From Minisyncoccia bacterium (lineage in GTDB: Bacteria; Patescibacteriota; Minisyncoccia; Phycocordibacterales; UBA9973): DNA of 64,000 nt. Of this stretch, positions 19,023 through 27,958 are shown in pieces (positions within the stretch are counted from its first letter, which is position 1; every line of letters starts with the position of its first letter). Made by a program: the position numbers and the translations under genes. The notes beneath the pieces were generated by a model. It worked only from the letters and a program-made list of their open reading frames with translations, did no database searches and was not told the DNA's origin. Location: the NCBI GenBank assembly GCA_038244685.1, contig JBBRTD010000002.1, forward strand, positions 2,924 through 66,923, written 5' to 3'.

Positions 19023-20537
19023 TTATTTTAATATTTTAATATCAGCCCCGATTGAGTTTAGTCTTTCGGCTATTTCTTCATAGCCTCGATTAATCATATA
19101 AACATTGCGAAGGATAGATGTGCCTGTTGCTCCAAGCATTCCAATAAGGATTATCATTGCGGGACGAAGAGCAGGGGGGCAGACAACTTGAGCTGATTTA
19201 AGGGGTGTTCCGCCTTGTATATAGACTCTATGAGGGTCAGCGAGAGTTATATTGGCCCCTAATCTATTAAGTTCAGTGAAATATATAGCTCGATTCTCAT
19301 ATAGCCAATCATGAATCATGGTCTGGCCTTTGGCTTTAATAGCGATAGGAACAAAGAACGGTAGATTATCCATATTTATTCCAGGATAAGGATTAGCATG
19401 AATTTTGTCTTCTAAAGCAGTTAATTTAGAAGGGAATATTTGTAAATCAACAAGATTTGTTTTTCCATTGTAAGATTTATAGCTTTTGAGTATTTTATAT
19501 TTTAAATTCATTCTCTTTAATTTTTCAAGTTCAAGAGAAAGGAAATCAATCGGACATCTATTAATGTTAAGCTCTGAATCAGTCGCAATTGCAGCTGAAA
19601 TAAACATCATTGATTCGATGGGGTCTTCACTGTTAGTATATTCAACATCCATATTAATATCTTTGACTCCGTGAACTACTAGAGTTGAAGTTCCAATCCC
19701 ATCGATTTGAACTCCAAGTGTTTCTAGAAAGAAGCAAATTTCTTGGACCATGTAATTAGCACTAGCAAATCTTATAGTTGTAGTGCCATCAATTTTTGAA
19801 ACGGCAGTTAGTATGTTCTCACAGGCTGTGTCTCCAGCTTCATACATTACAATATCAGCGGGCTTTAACTTTTTGCTTTCTATTTGGTATTCATCGTTGG
19901 TAGTTTTAATTTTTACCCCTAGATCTTCTAAGGCATAAGTATGTGCACTAATTGTTCTTTTCCCAAGCTTACATCCTGAAGCATGAGGAATAGAGAAAGA
20001 GGGAAGTAAATGAATAAGAGGGCCGATAAGCATTATGACTGAACGAGTTTTGATAGCAGACTCTACGTTCATTTTATCTAGAGAAAATTTGGTAGGTGGA
20101 GTAATTAAAACAGAATTATTATTTATCCACTTAACAGAGACCCCAATACTTTCAAGTATTTCAATAACTCGATAAACTTCTTCTATTCGAGCAATTCCAT
20201 GCAGGGTTGTTTTACCTTTATTTAAAAGAGAAGCACAGAGTAATCCGACTGCTCCATTCTTCGAGAAGTTTGTATCAATACTTCCGTGCAATTTATTTCC
20301 ACCCTTAATTTCAAAATCGATAGAGGAATTTATAGATACAATTTGATGTTCTAGTACTTTGCTTATTTTTGATAATAATTCTGTTGTAAAATTTTGTTCA
20401 CCTTTCTCCATGCGGGGAATAGAACTTTGGGATGTCTCTAATGCTTTAGCGAAGGCTTCTTGAGTCATACCTCGGCGCTCTCGAAGTTCCTTAATAAAGT
20501 AACCAATTTTTTGTTGCTCTGTTTGTTTTGATTTCAT
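19023..20537 (-). CDS. murA: UDP-N-acetylglucosamine 1-carboxyvinyltransferase (MurA) with an N-terminal XRE-type helix-turn-helix domain fused
   Basis: N-terminal ~60 aa (LRERRGMTQEAFAKALETSQSSIPRMEKGEQNFTTELLSKISKVL) is a Cro/C1-type HTH. The remainder has the EPSP-synthase fold, with the MurA active-site loop HASGCKLGKRTISAH (compare E. coli PGGCAIGARPVDLH, Cys115). Confidence 0.75.
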   Translation of the reverse strand: MKSKQTEQQKIGYFIKELRERRGMTQEAFAKALETSQSSIPRMEKGEQNFTTELLSKISKVLEHQIVSINSSIDFEIKGGNKLHGSIDTNFSKNGAVGLLCASLLNKGKTTLHGIARIEEVYRVIEILESIGVSVKWINNNSVLITPPTKFSLDKMNVESAIKTRSVIMLIGPLIHLLPSFSIPHASGCKLGKRTISAHTYALEDLGVKIKTTNDEYQIESKKLKPADIVMYEAGDTACENILTAVSKIDGTTTIRFASANYMVQEICFFLETLGVQIDGIGTSTLVVHGVKDINMDVEYTNSEDPIESMMFISAAIATDSELNINRCPIDFLSLELEKLKRMNLKYKILKSYKSYNGKTNLVDLQIFPSKLTALEDKIHANPYPGINMDNLPFFVPIAIKAKGQTMIHDWLYENRAIYFTELNRLGANITLADPHRVYIQGGTPLKSAQVVCPPALRPAMIILIGMLGATGTSILRNVYMINRGYEEIAERLNSIGADIKILK

Positions 20538-20574
20538 GCTTACTATTTTATCTCATATATGATATAATTGCAAT

Positions 20575-21606
20575 ATGTATAAACTTGAAGAATATGTGGA
20601 TATTAAAGAGTACTCAACCCTAAAAGTTGGAGGAAAATTCCGCTACTTTGCAAAAGTTTCCTCTATAGAAGATATTATGATTATTTGCTCCATAGCCAAG
20701 AAGGATAAAAATAAGATTCTTATTTTGGGTGGGGGCTCTAATGTTGTTTTTTCGGATAGAATTTTAGATTTAATTGCTATAAAAATTGAGATCAAAGGCT
20801 TTAATATTATAAGGGAGGTCTCAGATTACTTAGATATAAAAGTAGGAGCAGGTGAGATTTGGGATAAAATAGTTGAAAAAACTGTAGATATGAATCTTTC
20901 TGGTCTTGAATCTCTGTCGGCAATTCCAGGTACGGTAGGAGCAAGCCCCGTGCAAAATATTGGAGCTTATGGTTCTGAAGTAAAAGATACGATTTTAGAA
21001 GTTGAAGTATTTGATATAGACAAAGGAACAATAAAAAATTTTACAAACGAAGAGTGTAAATTTGGATATAGAGATAGTGTTTTTAAAAATGATGCAAAAG
21101 GAAAATATATTATAACTGCTGTGACCTTCAGATTAGAAAAAAGGCTAGAGAAAAATTCTAAAGCTCTTAATTATCCAGGTGTTTTAAAATTTTTTGAAAA
21201 GAAAGGAGTATCTAATCCTGATTTAAGGCAAATTAGGGAGGCGATAATTAGTATTCGTAGCGAAAAGTTACCAAATCCAAAAGTATTACCTAATGTTGGG
21301 TCATTTTTTAAAAACCCAATAGTTTTAAACGAAGTAGCATATAAAATATTAGAAGAATTTCCTAATGCTAAATTTTTCCCATTAAAAGATGATCTCACAA
21401 AAATTCCGGCTGGTTGGCTTATAGAGAATGCTGGATTAAAAGGCGAGTCCTTTGGAAATGTTTCAGTGTATGACAAGAATGCTCTTGTCCTGATTAATAC
21501 AGACAATGCAACTTTTGAAGACATAATTTCTGCCCGTGATGAGATAATAAAAAAAGTGTTTGATAAATTTGGAATTATACTAGAGCAAGAACCAGAAGTA
21601 GTCTAA
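20575..21606 (+). CDS. murB: UDP-N-acetylenolpyruvoylglucosamine reductase MurB
   Basis: FAD-binding PCMH-type N-terminus (STLKVGG...ILGGGSNVVF) and MurB C-terminal domain. Confidence 0.85.
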   Translation: MYKLEEYVDIKEYSTLKVGGKFRYFAKVSSIEDIMIICSIAKKDKNKILILGGGSNVVFSDRILDLIAIKIEIKGFNIIREVSDYLDIKVGAGEIWDKIVEKTVDMNLSGLESLSAIPGTVGASPVQNIGAYGSEVKDTILEVEVFDIDKGTIKNFTNEECKFGYRDSVFKNDAKGKYIITAVTFRLEKRLEKNSKALNYPGVLKFFEKKGVSNPDLRQIREAIISIRSEKLPNPKVLPNVGSFFKNPIVLNEVAYKILEEFPNAKFFPLKDDLTKIPAGWLIENAGLKGESFGNVSVYDKNALVLINTDNATFEDIISARDEIIKKVFDKFGIILEQEPEVV

Positions 21607-21696
21607 TTGATTTTATACGGATTTCTAGTATACTATTCCTATTACATTGTCGGAGTGGCAATGGAATATTTTTAAAACACTAAGTGTGTTTTTGTT

Positions 21697-21778
21697 GCCG
21701 GAGTGGCGGAATTGGTATACGCGCGCGACTCAAAATCGCGTCTCGCAAGGGATGGAGGTTCAAGTCCTCTCTCCGGCA
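21697..21778 (+). tRNA. tRNA-Leu (anticodon CAA), long variable arm
   Basis: GCCGGAGTGGCGGAATTGGTATACGCGCGCGACTCAAAATCGCGTCTCGCAAGGGATGGAGGTTCAAGTCCTCTCTCCGGCA forms a class II cloverleaf with anticodon loop CTCAAAA. Confidence 0.85.
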
Positions 21779-21779
21779 C

Positions 21780-22913
21780 ATGCAGAATAAATCACTTTCT
21801 TATATAGAAATTTCAGAAGGTAACTTAATAAATAATATCAAGCAATTTAGAAGTTTATTGAAGAATAAAACTAAAATTGCCGCAGTTATAAAAGCTAATG
21901 CTTATGGTCATGGGGATAAGACTGTAGCAAAAATTGCGAGTCCTTATGTGGATTATTTCCAGGTAGATAGTATCGAAGAAGCAGAAAGGGTAAGAAGTAT
22001 TAGCAAAAAGCCAATCCTTATTTTTGGTTATTTAAACGATGACGGAGTAAGGAGATCTGTGAAAATCAATGCAATAATTTGCGCTTTCGATTTAATTAAT
22101 CTTTTAAAAATTAATCATACCGCGAAAATTTTAAAGAAAAAAATAAAAGTTCACTTGGCAATCGATTCATATTTAGGGAGAGAGGGTATAATGCCTAATC
22201 AAGTAGAGATAATAATAAATGAAATTAAAAATCTAGAAAATATAATCTTAGATGGTGTGTATTCTCACTTTGCGAATATTGAAGATACCATGAATTCAAC
22301 TCATGCCAATAGGCAAATTGAAGTTTATCACAACTGCGTTGAACTATTTAGAAAAAATGGTTTTGCAAATATTAATACTCATATCTCAGCGACTTCTGGT
22401 ATTCTTGTCTATGAAAAAGGTGAAAATTTGCATAATATTGTACGTCTTGGTATTGGACTTTATGGCATGTGGCCAAGTGAACATTTAGAGTACTTGAATA
22501 AAAAGAAAATAAATTTAAAGCCAATATTAAAATGGGTGACTCACGTAGCGCAAGTAAAGATAATTCCAGCCAATCATCCAATAGGATATGGGCTTACCTA
22601 TATTACAAAAAAGGTCACAAAAATAGCAGTTATACCCCAAGGTTACTTCGATGGATTAACTCGCTCTCTTTCAAATAACGGAGAATTTTTAATAAGAGGC
22701 AAAAAATCAAAGATATTAGGTAGAGTTGCTATGAATATGACTGTAGTTGATGTATCTCACATTAAAGGTGTTTTGCCTGATGATGAAGTTGTAATTATTG
22801 GTATACAGGGTAAGTCTAAAATTACGGCAGAAGAAGTTGCAAAAAGGTCAGATACAATAAACTATGAAATCACTACGAAAATAAGCGCCTTATTGCCTAG
22901 GGTTATAGTGTAA
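21780..22913 (+). CDS. alr: Alanine racemase
   Basis: PLP-lysine motif AVIKANAYGHG. The start is chosen at the Met just after the tRNA; the ORF track's 21684 start runs through the tRNA gene. Confidence 0.85.
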   Translation: MQNKSLSYIEISEGNLINNIKQFRSLLKNKTKIAAVIKANAYGHGDKTVAKIASPYVDYFQVDSIEEAERVRSISKKPILIFGYLNDDGVRRSVKINAIICAFDLINLLKINHTAKILKKKIKVHLAIDSYLGREGIMPNQVEIIINEIKNLENIILDGVYSHFANIEDTMNSTHANRQIEVYHNCVELFRKNGFANINTHISATSGILVYEKGENLHNIVRLGIGLYGMWPSEHLEYLNKKKINLKPILKWVTHVAQVKIIPANHPIGYGLTYITKKVTKIAVIPQGYFDGLTRSLSNNGEFLIRGKKSKILGRVAMNMTVVDVSHIKGVLPDDEVVIIGIQGKSKITAEEVAKRSDTINYEITTKISALLPRVIV

Positions 22914-23001
22914 TTTCTCTAATTTTGGTCTGGTGTATTGTGGTATATAACTATATCTAATATATTTGCATTTTAAAGTGTTTTATAGTATTGTATACAT
23001 T

Positions 23002-23160
23002 ATGTCACAAGATAGACTTTTCAAATTGGGCTGTACTAAATGTAAACGCATTAACTACTGGTCAAGTAAGAACAAAAAACTCGTCACTAAAAAGATTGAG
23101 CTTAAAAAGTATTGTAAATGGTGTAAAGTTAATACTAAACACAAAGAAATGAAGAAATAA
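23002..23160 (+). CDS. rpmG: 50S ribosomal protein L33
   Basis: CTKCKRINYWSSKNKK...LELKKYCKWCKVNTKHKE matches the L33 zinc-ribbon consensus (CxxC...CxxC). The internal Met is chosen as the start. Confidence 0.85.
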   Translation: MSQDRLFKLGCTKCKRINYWSSKNKKLVTKKIELKKYCKWCKVNTKHKEMKK

Positions 23161-23190
23161 AAAATCCCCAACTGGGGATTTTTTATTTTA
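23161..23190 (+). terminator. Rho-independent terminator (aaaaatcccca actg gggatttttt)
   Basis: Perfect stem plus T-run immediately after the rpmG stop. Confidence 0.75.
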
Positions 23191-23216
23191 TATGCTATAG
23201 TGTATACGTTATTTAA

Positions 23217-23288
23217 GGGCGATTAGTTTAGTGGTAGAACGAAAGTTTCCAAAACTTTTGGTGGGGGTTCGATTCCTCCATCGCCCGC
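23217..23288 (+). tRNA. tRNA-Trp (anticodon CCA)
   Basis: GGGCGATTAGTTTAGTGGTAGAACGAAAGTTTCCAAAACTTTTGGTGGGGGTTCGATTCCTCCATCGCCCG forms a cloverleaf with anticodon loop TTCCAAA. Confidence 0.85.
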
Positions 23289-23317
23289 ATTAGAAAAACA
23301 GCGTAAGCTGTTTTTCT

Positions 23318-23488
23318 GGGCGATAGCACATGAACTGCTTCATGTGTGCGGAGAAAGCGAAAGACTTTTCTGTGATTTGTTTACAAATCAAGAAAAGTAC
23401 CTGACGATGTAATCGGAGATAAGTGTACTCACGGTCCTCCATTATATGTCTGACCGAAAGTGTAATCACGTTTCCTCCATCGCCCGCA
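23318..23488 (+). pseudogene. tRNA-Trp-derived chimeric fragment: the exact first 9 nt (gggcgatag) and exact last 17 nt (ttcctccatcgcccgca) of tRNA-Trp, separated by ~145 nt of unrelated sequence
   Basis: Direct-repeat comparison with the tRNA-Trp gene at 23217-23288. The D, anticodon and T arms are missing. Confidence 0.6.
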
Positions 23489-23526
23489 AATTTTAAAAAA
23501 TATATATAGTAGAGTATACTTAAATT

Positions 23527-24093
23527 ATGAATAAGCTATATCTTATAGGAGGGTCTCCTCGTTGTGGAAAAACTACAATTTTTAATTCTTTTATAAACAA
23601 AAAACCAATGATTGCGATTCCAACTGATGCGATTAGGGCTGGAGTACGATTTTTAAACAAACACAGCCGTATTAACTTTTCTGAAGATGAGATTGAAAAT
23701 AATTTGCCTTGGGAAATGGTGGTAGGGTTAATTCATCGGTATGACCATAAAAATATTCCACTTATAGTTGAAGGTGTTGTAATTACTCCAGAGCGAGTCA
23801 AAAACTTAAAGCTAAAGAATCTTGAATTAAGAGTAGTATTTGTGGGTTTTACTGGAGACTCTCATATAGAAAAAATAATAAAACATGGGCAAATTGAGAA
23901 AGATTGGGTTTACGACCATATAACAAAGGAGAATGGAAATGACACAGAAATAAGAAAAATGTTCAAAAATATTCAAGAAGAAAACAAACTCGTTAAAGAA
24001 AAAGCTGATGAGTATGGTTATAGTTTCTTCTCTCCTGAGAATCTATCTTTTGATGTATATTGCAATTCAGTTGTGGAATACCTTTTAAATTAA
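23527..24093 (+). CDS. P-loop NTPase, small kinase-like (adenylate-kinase/zeta-toxin-like fold); function unknown
   Basis: Walker A GGSPRCGKTT at the N-terminus. 188 aa. Confidence 0.45.
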   Translation: MNKLYLIGGSPRCGKTTIFNSFINKKPMIAIPTDAIRAGVRFLNKHSRINFSEDEIENNLPWEMVVGLIHRYDHKNIPLIVEGVVITPERVKNLKLKNLELRVVFVGFTGDSHIEKIIKHGQIEKDWVYDHITKENGNDTEIRKMFKNIQEENKLVKEKADEYGYSFFSPENLSFDVYCNSVVEYLLN

Positions 24094-24114
24094 AAATTGG
24101 TATTTTAAACATTA

Positions 24115-25044
24115 TTATTTCAAAAATTTATCTATCTCTTTTTGTGCCATAGCTTTTTCGCTTTTATTTGTTGGATCTATCCAAATAGTATTTAAATCAC
24201 GTTTAAACCATGTCTTTTGACGCTTAGCGAAGTGCCAAATTTCTGTGTATAATTTTTCTATCATTTCATCTTTACTAATTTTTTTTTGTAAATAAAGTGA
24301 TACATATCTATACTCAAGCCCGAAACTATTTAATCTTTTCCAAGATATGCCACTTGTATGTAAATTCTCTACTTCTTTAAACATTCCTTTTTTAATTCGA
24401 GAAAGGAGGCGAGTCTTAATTCTTTCTTTTAATATTTCTGGCTGGAGAGATAAACCAATCTTTAAGAAAGATGCAGACGTACAACCTTGAACGTCCTTGT
24501 TGGACGTCTGCTGATTTCGAATTAAAGGAACTTTGCCTAATGCTTTTACAATTTCTATTGCACGAATTAATCGTACTCTATTTTTCGAATCGATATTTAA
24601 AGCTCTATCGCTATCTAGTTTTTTAAGCATTTCAAATAGAGTTTCTGTGGTCTCTTTTTCAAGTTTTTCTCTTAATTCTTTATTTGGAAGAACTTCAGGT
24701 AGAATAGTTCCGTTTATTAATGTATCGATATAAAAGCCAGTTCCTCCACATATAATAGGGGTTTTATTTCTCTTAATTATTTCATCAATTTTTTTATTAG
24801 CTTTCTTTTGGAAATCACTAACAGTAAATACTCTAGATGGGGAAGTAATATCAAGTAGGTAGTGGGGGATACTATGCATTTCTTTTTTTGTAATCTTGCC
24901 TGTACCCAAATCCATTCCTTTGTAGACCTGTCTTGAGTCCGCAGATATAATTTCACCGTCTATAAGTTTAGCTATTTCAACAGCGAAGTCACTTTTGCCT
25001 GTTGATGTTTGCCCTAGGATGACTATTATTTTCATATTTCGCAT
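24115..25044 (-). CDS. miaA: tRNA dimethylallyltransferase MiaA
   Basis: P-loop GQTSTGKS plus ADSRQVYKGMDLGTGK, the MiaA signature. Confidence 0.85.
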   Translation of the reverse strand: MRNMKIIVILGQTSTGKSDFAVEIAKLIDGEIISADSRQVYKGMDLGTGKITKKEMHSIPHYLLDITSPSRVFTVSDFQKKANKKIDEIIKRNKTPIICGGTGFYIDTLINGTILPEVLPNKELREKLEKETTETLFEMLKKLDSDRALNIDSKNRVRLIRAIEIVKALGKVPLIRNQQTSNKDVQGCTSASFLKIGLSLQPEILKERIKTRLLSRIKKGMFKEVENLHTSGISWKRLNSFGLEYRYVSLYLQKKISKDEMIEKLYTEIWHFAKRQKTWFKRDLNTIWIDPTNKSEKAMAQKEIDKFLK

Positions 25045-25073
25045 TTTAGCATATTTTATGTTAAAATGCCGAC

Positions 25074-25376
25074 ATGGGATTCAAATCATATATAACAAAA
25101 AAAGCTCTTCAAATGAAGGGAATGTCTGCTGAACAAGCAGAGAAAATAACAAAACAGCTTGAAGAAAATCCAGATCTTGCTGAGAGTTTAAAGGCTCTCG
25201 AAGCAAATAAAGAAGTTAAAGAACTTTTTGAAAAAATTACGAAAGAGATAGAAGAAAAGAAAAAAGCAGGTACAGCAGAGCAGTATGCGGCTGTTCTTGT
25301 TATGGGTAAATATAAGGCTGAGATAATGAAGCACCGTGAAGCCTTAGCTCCACTCATGAGTTTAATGCAGAAATAG
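25074..25376 (+). CDS. Hypothetical small helical protein (K/E-rich)
   Basis: ORF only. Confidence 0.3.
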   Translation: MGFKSYITKKALQMKGMSAEQAEKITKQLEENPDLAESLKALEANKEVKELFEKITKEIEEKKKAGTAEQYAAVLVMGKYKAEIMKHREALAPLMSLMQK

Positions 25377-25387
25377 TTTTAAGTTTT

Positions 25388-25909
25388 ATGTACAGAAAGT
25401 TTAAGCATAAAATTATCACAGTTTCTGACAAAATGCAGAAGGGCTATAAGTATGAAATTACAGAGCCCTTTGGTAAAAACTTTCAAAAAGATTTCCGTCC
25501 AGACTTAACTCCTAAGCAAATGCTTGCTCTTGGAGTTTTTGGTGGTAAGTATATGACAGATTGTAAAGATGAATTTCCAAAAGATTGGTTTACAAAAGCT
25601 AAACTTTGCTCCGAAATTCATGATCCTAAATTAAATTATTTTGGTGTAAATGCGAGTTCTTCACTTGCAGTTTGGAGGAAGAATGGCTGGATTTACAAAG
25701 AAGACCCTCGAGGGTGGTTTCAGTGGTATTGTCGATATTATATGGGAAGAAGGTTAAAAGAAGAAGATATTAGACAAATAAAAAGATGGCGTGCTATTAC
25801 TCGCCATATTGTTCAGATAACTTTAAATTGTAAGCCTGGAGATTTAACTTGCCGGCGAAAACAAAGACAAGCTGTCCTTCATTGGGCCTATGATAGTCGA
25901 AAAATTTAA
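25388..25909 (+). CDS. Hypothetical conserved-looking protein (W/Y/C-rich)
   Basis: ORF only. No motif recognised. Confidence 0.35.
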   Translation: MYRKFKHKIITVSDKMQKGYKYEITEPFGKNFQKDFRPDLTPKQMLALGVFGGKYMTDCKDEFPKDWFTKAKLCSEIHDPKLNYFGVNASSSLAVWRKNGWIYKEDPRGWFQWYCRYYMGRRLKEEDIRQIKRWRAITRHIVQITLNCKPGDLTCRRKQRQAVLHWAYDSRKI

Positions 25910-25927
25910 ATTTGTTATAATCAATTT

Positions 25928-26326
25928 ATGAATAATACTACTTCTTGGTTTGAACAACTTAAAAAGCCATCATGGGCACCACCATCTTATCTTTTTGGTC
26001 CAGTTTGGACAGTTCTTTATATTGTTATTGCTATCTCTTTTGGTTCAGTTTTTTATAAAGTATTTAACAAACAATTACCAATTATAATAGCTTTGCCTTT
26101 TATTCTAAATTTGATTTTCAATTTTTCTTTTACTTATTTTCAATTTGGTATAAAAAATAATGTTTTAGCCGCAATAGATATAACTTTAGTTTTAGTTACT
26201 TTAGTATGGGCCATGATTGCTATCTATCCATATTTTAGATGGATTGCCCTTGTAAATATACCGTATCTGCTTTGGGTTTGCTTTGCAACAGTACTTCAGT
26301 TTACAATTACGTACTTAAATAGGTAA
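25928..26326 (+). CDS. TspO/MBR (tryptophan-rich sensory protein) family membrane protein
   Basis: WFEQLKKPSWAPPSYLFGPVWTVLY matches the TspO N-terminal signature. Trp-rich TM helices. Confidence 0.7.
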   Translation: MNNTTSWFEQLKKPSWAPPSYLFGPVWTVLYIVIAISFGSVFYKVFNKQLPIIIALPFILNLIFNFSFTYFQFGIKNNVLAAIDITLVLVTLVWAMIAIYPYFRWIALVNIPYLLWVCFATVLQFTITYLNR

Positions 26327-26333
26327 TTACATA

Positions 26334-26366
26334 AAAAACAGCCCCGCAATAGCAGGGCTTTTTTTA
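26334..26366. terminator. Bidirectional terminator hairpin (cagcccc gcaatag cagggc + T-run)
   Basis: Inverted repeat plus T-run between convergent genes. Confidence 0.55.
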
Positions 26367-27038
26367 TTTTGTTAGAACAATAACCTTAAGGCATTGTTCT
26401 CTTGTACCTTTTGGGTAAAAGTAGTTTTCTTCATCATTGCTTCCACCACCACCGCTAGCAGATTCTCCTTTTTTATTTCTGTATGTATATACAAAAGAAT
26501 CGGAGTCTGCTAACACTTTGGATACATTTTCTGGCACACTTAGTGTACTAATGCCTTCATTGTAGAAGACACAGATTTTAAGTGGAATTCCAAACTTAAG
26601 AGACCTCTTACTTTGGTAGGGATCTATATCTTTCGACATAAAAACGTAACCATCATATTTCGGTGCATTGTTTAAGTTTGGAAAGCTTTTTCTGAATTTG
26701 TAGACGAATACAAGAATTCTTCTTATTTCTACTTCGCTAAACATATTTGCTTCATATTGTTGTAAATCTGAAGTGATATATTTAGTTTTCAGTAGAATGT
26801 ATCTGAATTCATTTTTAAAATTAATAGGAACCAACCAAGAGGTTGAATCTTCTATTAATTCCTTTTCGCCGTACAGAATAGGAATCTCCTCAATCCCTGC
26901 TTCTTTACATGAGATAAACTTTTGCCCTAAAATTCTTTGGGCTTTTTCATTTGTCACACCTTGTCCGTGTGTTGCCTTCATTAGTAACAATAGAGCTGCT
27001 GCTAATATTAATGCAAATATAAAATTTTTTCTCCTCAT
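26364..27038 (-). CDS. Hypothetical secreted protein (signal peptide)
   Basis: N-terminal MRRKNFIFALILAAALLLLMKA signal peptide. Confidence 0.4.
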   Translation of the reverse strand: MRRKNFIFALILAAALLLLMKATHGQGVTNEKAQRILGQKFISCKEAGIEEIPILYGEKELIEDSTSWLVPINFKNEFRYILLKTKYITSDLQQYEANMFSEVEIRRILVFVYKFRKSFPNLNNAPKYDGYVFMSKDIDPYQSKRSLKFGIPLKICVFYNEGISTLSVPENVSKVLADSDSFVYTYRNKKGESASGGGGSNDEENYFYPKGTREQCLKVIVLTK

Positions 27039-27283
27039 AACCTTATGCCGCTCTTAACGGACCTTTTTAATGTACAATTTAATTTTTGTTGATTCTAGCA
27101 CAGATATACATATTTGTCAAAGTTAAATTTGCAAATTACTAAAGTCTTTTTGCATGTTAATTGGTATATATTAATTTATATATAATAGTAAATATTATTG
27201 ATTTATAATCATATTGTAGTCAATTATTAATTTATGTTAATAAACCACCTTGTGTTATATTTGTGGCTTGTTATCATTTAGAT

Positions 27284-27958
27284 ATGAGGGTCTTAATTAT
27301 CGAAGATGAAGAAATTTTGGCCAAGCTCGTTAAGAAAAGTCTTGAAAGTGAAGGATACGCAGTAGATTGCTTAACCGACGGAGAGTCTGGTCAAGATAGG
27401 ATTGAGTCGAGTCATAAGGACTACGACTTAATTATCATTGATTTAATGCTTCCTAAAAAATCAGGGAGTGAAGTGTGTTTTGAAGTAAGAAAATTAGGAA
27501 TCTCCACTCCTATATTAATACTTACTGCCAAGGTCGGAGTAGAGAGTAAGGTATCGCTACTTGATACTGGAGCTGATGATTATATGCAGAAGCCATTTGA
27601 GCTGTCTGAATTATTCGCTCGAATTAGAGCGTTAACTCGTAGACCTAGCATTGCTATTCCAAACGAACTCAAGGTGGGGAATCTTACTTTATCTTCAAGT
27701 ACAAAAAAAGTATTTAAAAATAAAAAAGAAATTACTCTAACTTTAAAAGAATTTAGACTTCTTGAATATTTAATGCGGCACCCTAATCGAGTCATCGAAA
27801 GGGTAGATTTGTCTGATAATATATGGGATTTTGATTACGATTCATTATCAAATATTATCGATGTATATATAAATAGATTAAGAGATAAGCTTGATAAAGA
27901 TAGAAAGAAAAAGCTGATTGAGACAGTTCGTGGCGTTGGTTATAAATTAAAAATTTAA
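27284..27958 (+). CDS. OmpR-family response regulator (receiver + winged-helix)
   Basis: Receiver domain with D-box (IIDLMLPKKSG) and K (LTAK), and a C-terminal winged-helix domain. The start is chosen at MRVLIIEDE. Confidence 0.85.
   Translation: MRVLIIEDEEILAKLVKKSLESEGYAVDCLTDGESGQDRIESSHKDYDLIIIDLMLPKKSGSEVCFEVRKLGISTPILILTAKVGVESKVSLLDTGADDYMQKPFELSELFARIRALTRRPSIAIPNELKVGNLTLSSSTKKVFKNKKEITLTLKEFRLLEYLMRHPNRVIERVDLSDNIWDFDYDSLSNIIDVYINRLRDKLDKDRKKKLIETVRGVGYKLKI

Noticed and set aside
21684-21779. N-terminal extension of the alr ORF (MCFCCRSGGIGIRARL...) in the ORF track
   Set aside because: It is read straight through the tRNA-Leu gene (21697-21778) and has a Cys/Arg-rich nonsense composition. 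The true alr start is the Met at 21780.
23318-23488. tmRNA (ssrA) or intron-containing or permuted tRNA gene for the tRNA-Trp-like fragment
   Set aside because: No T-loop (GTTCRANYC), no resume codon or tag ORF, and no D or anticodon arms. Only the extreme acceptor-strand ends are present, and an intact tRNA-Trp lies immediately upstream.
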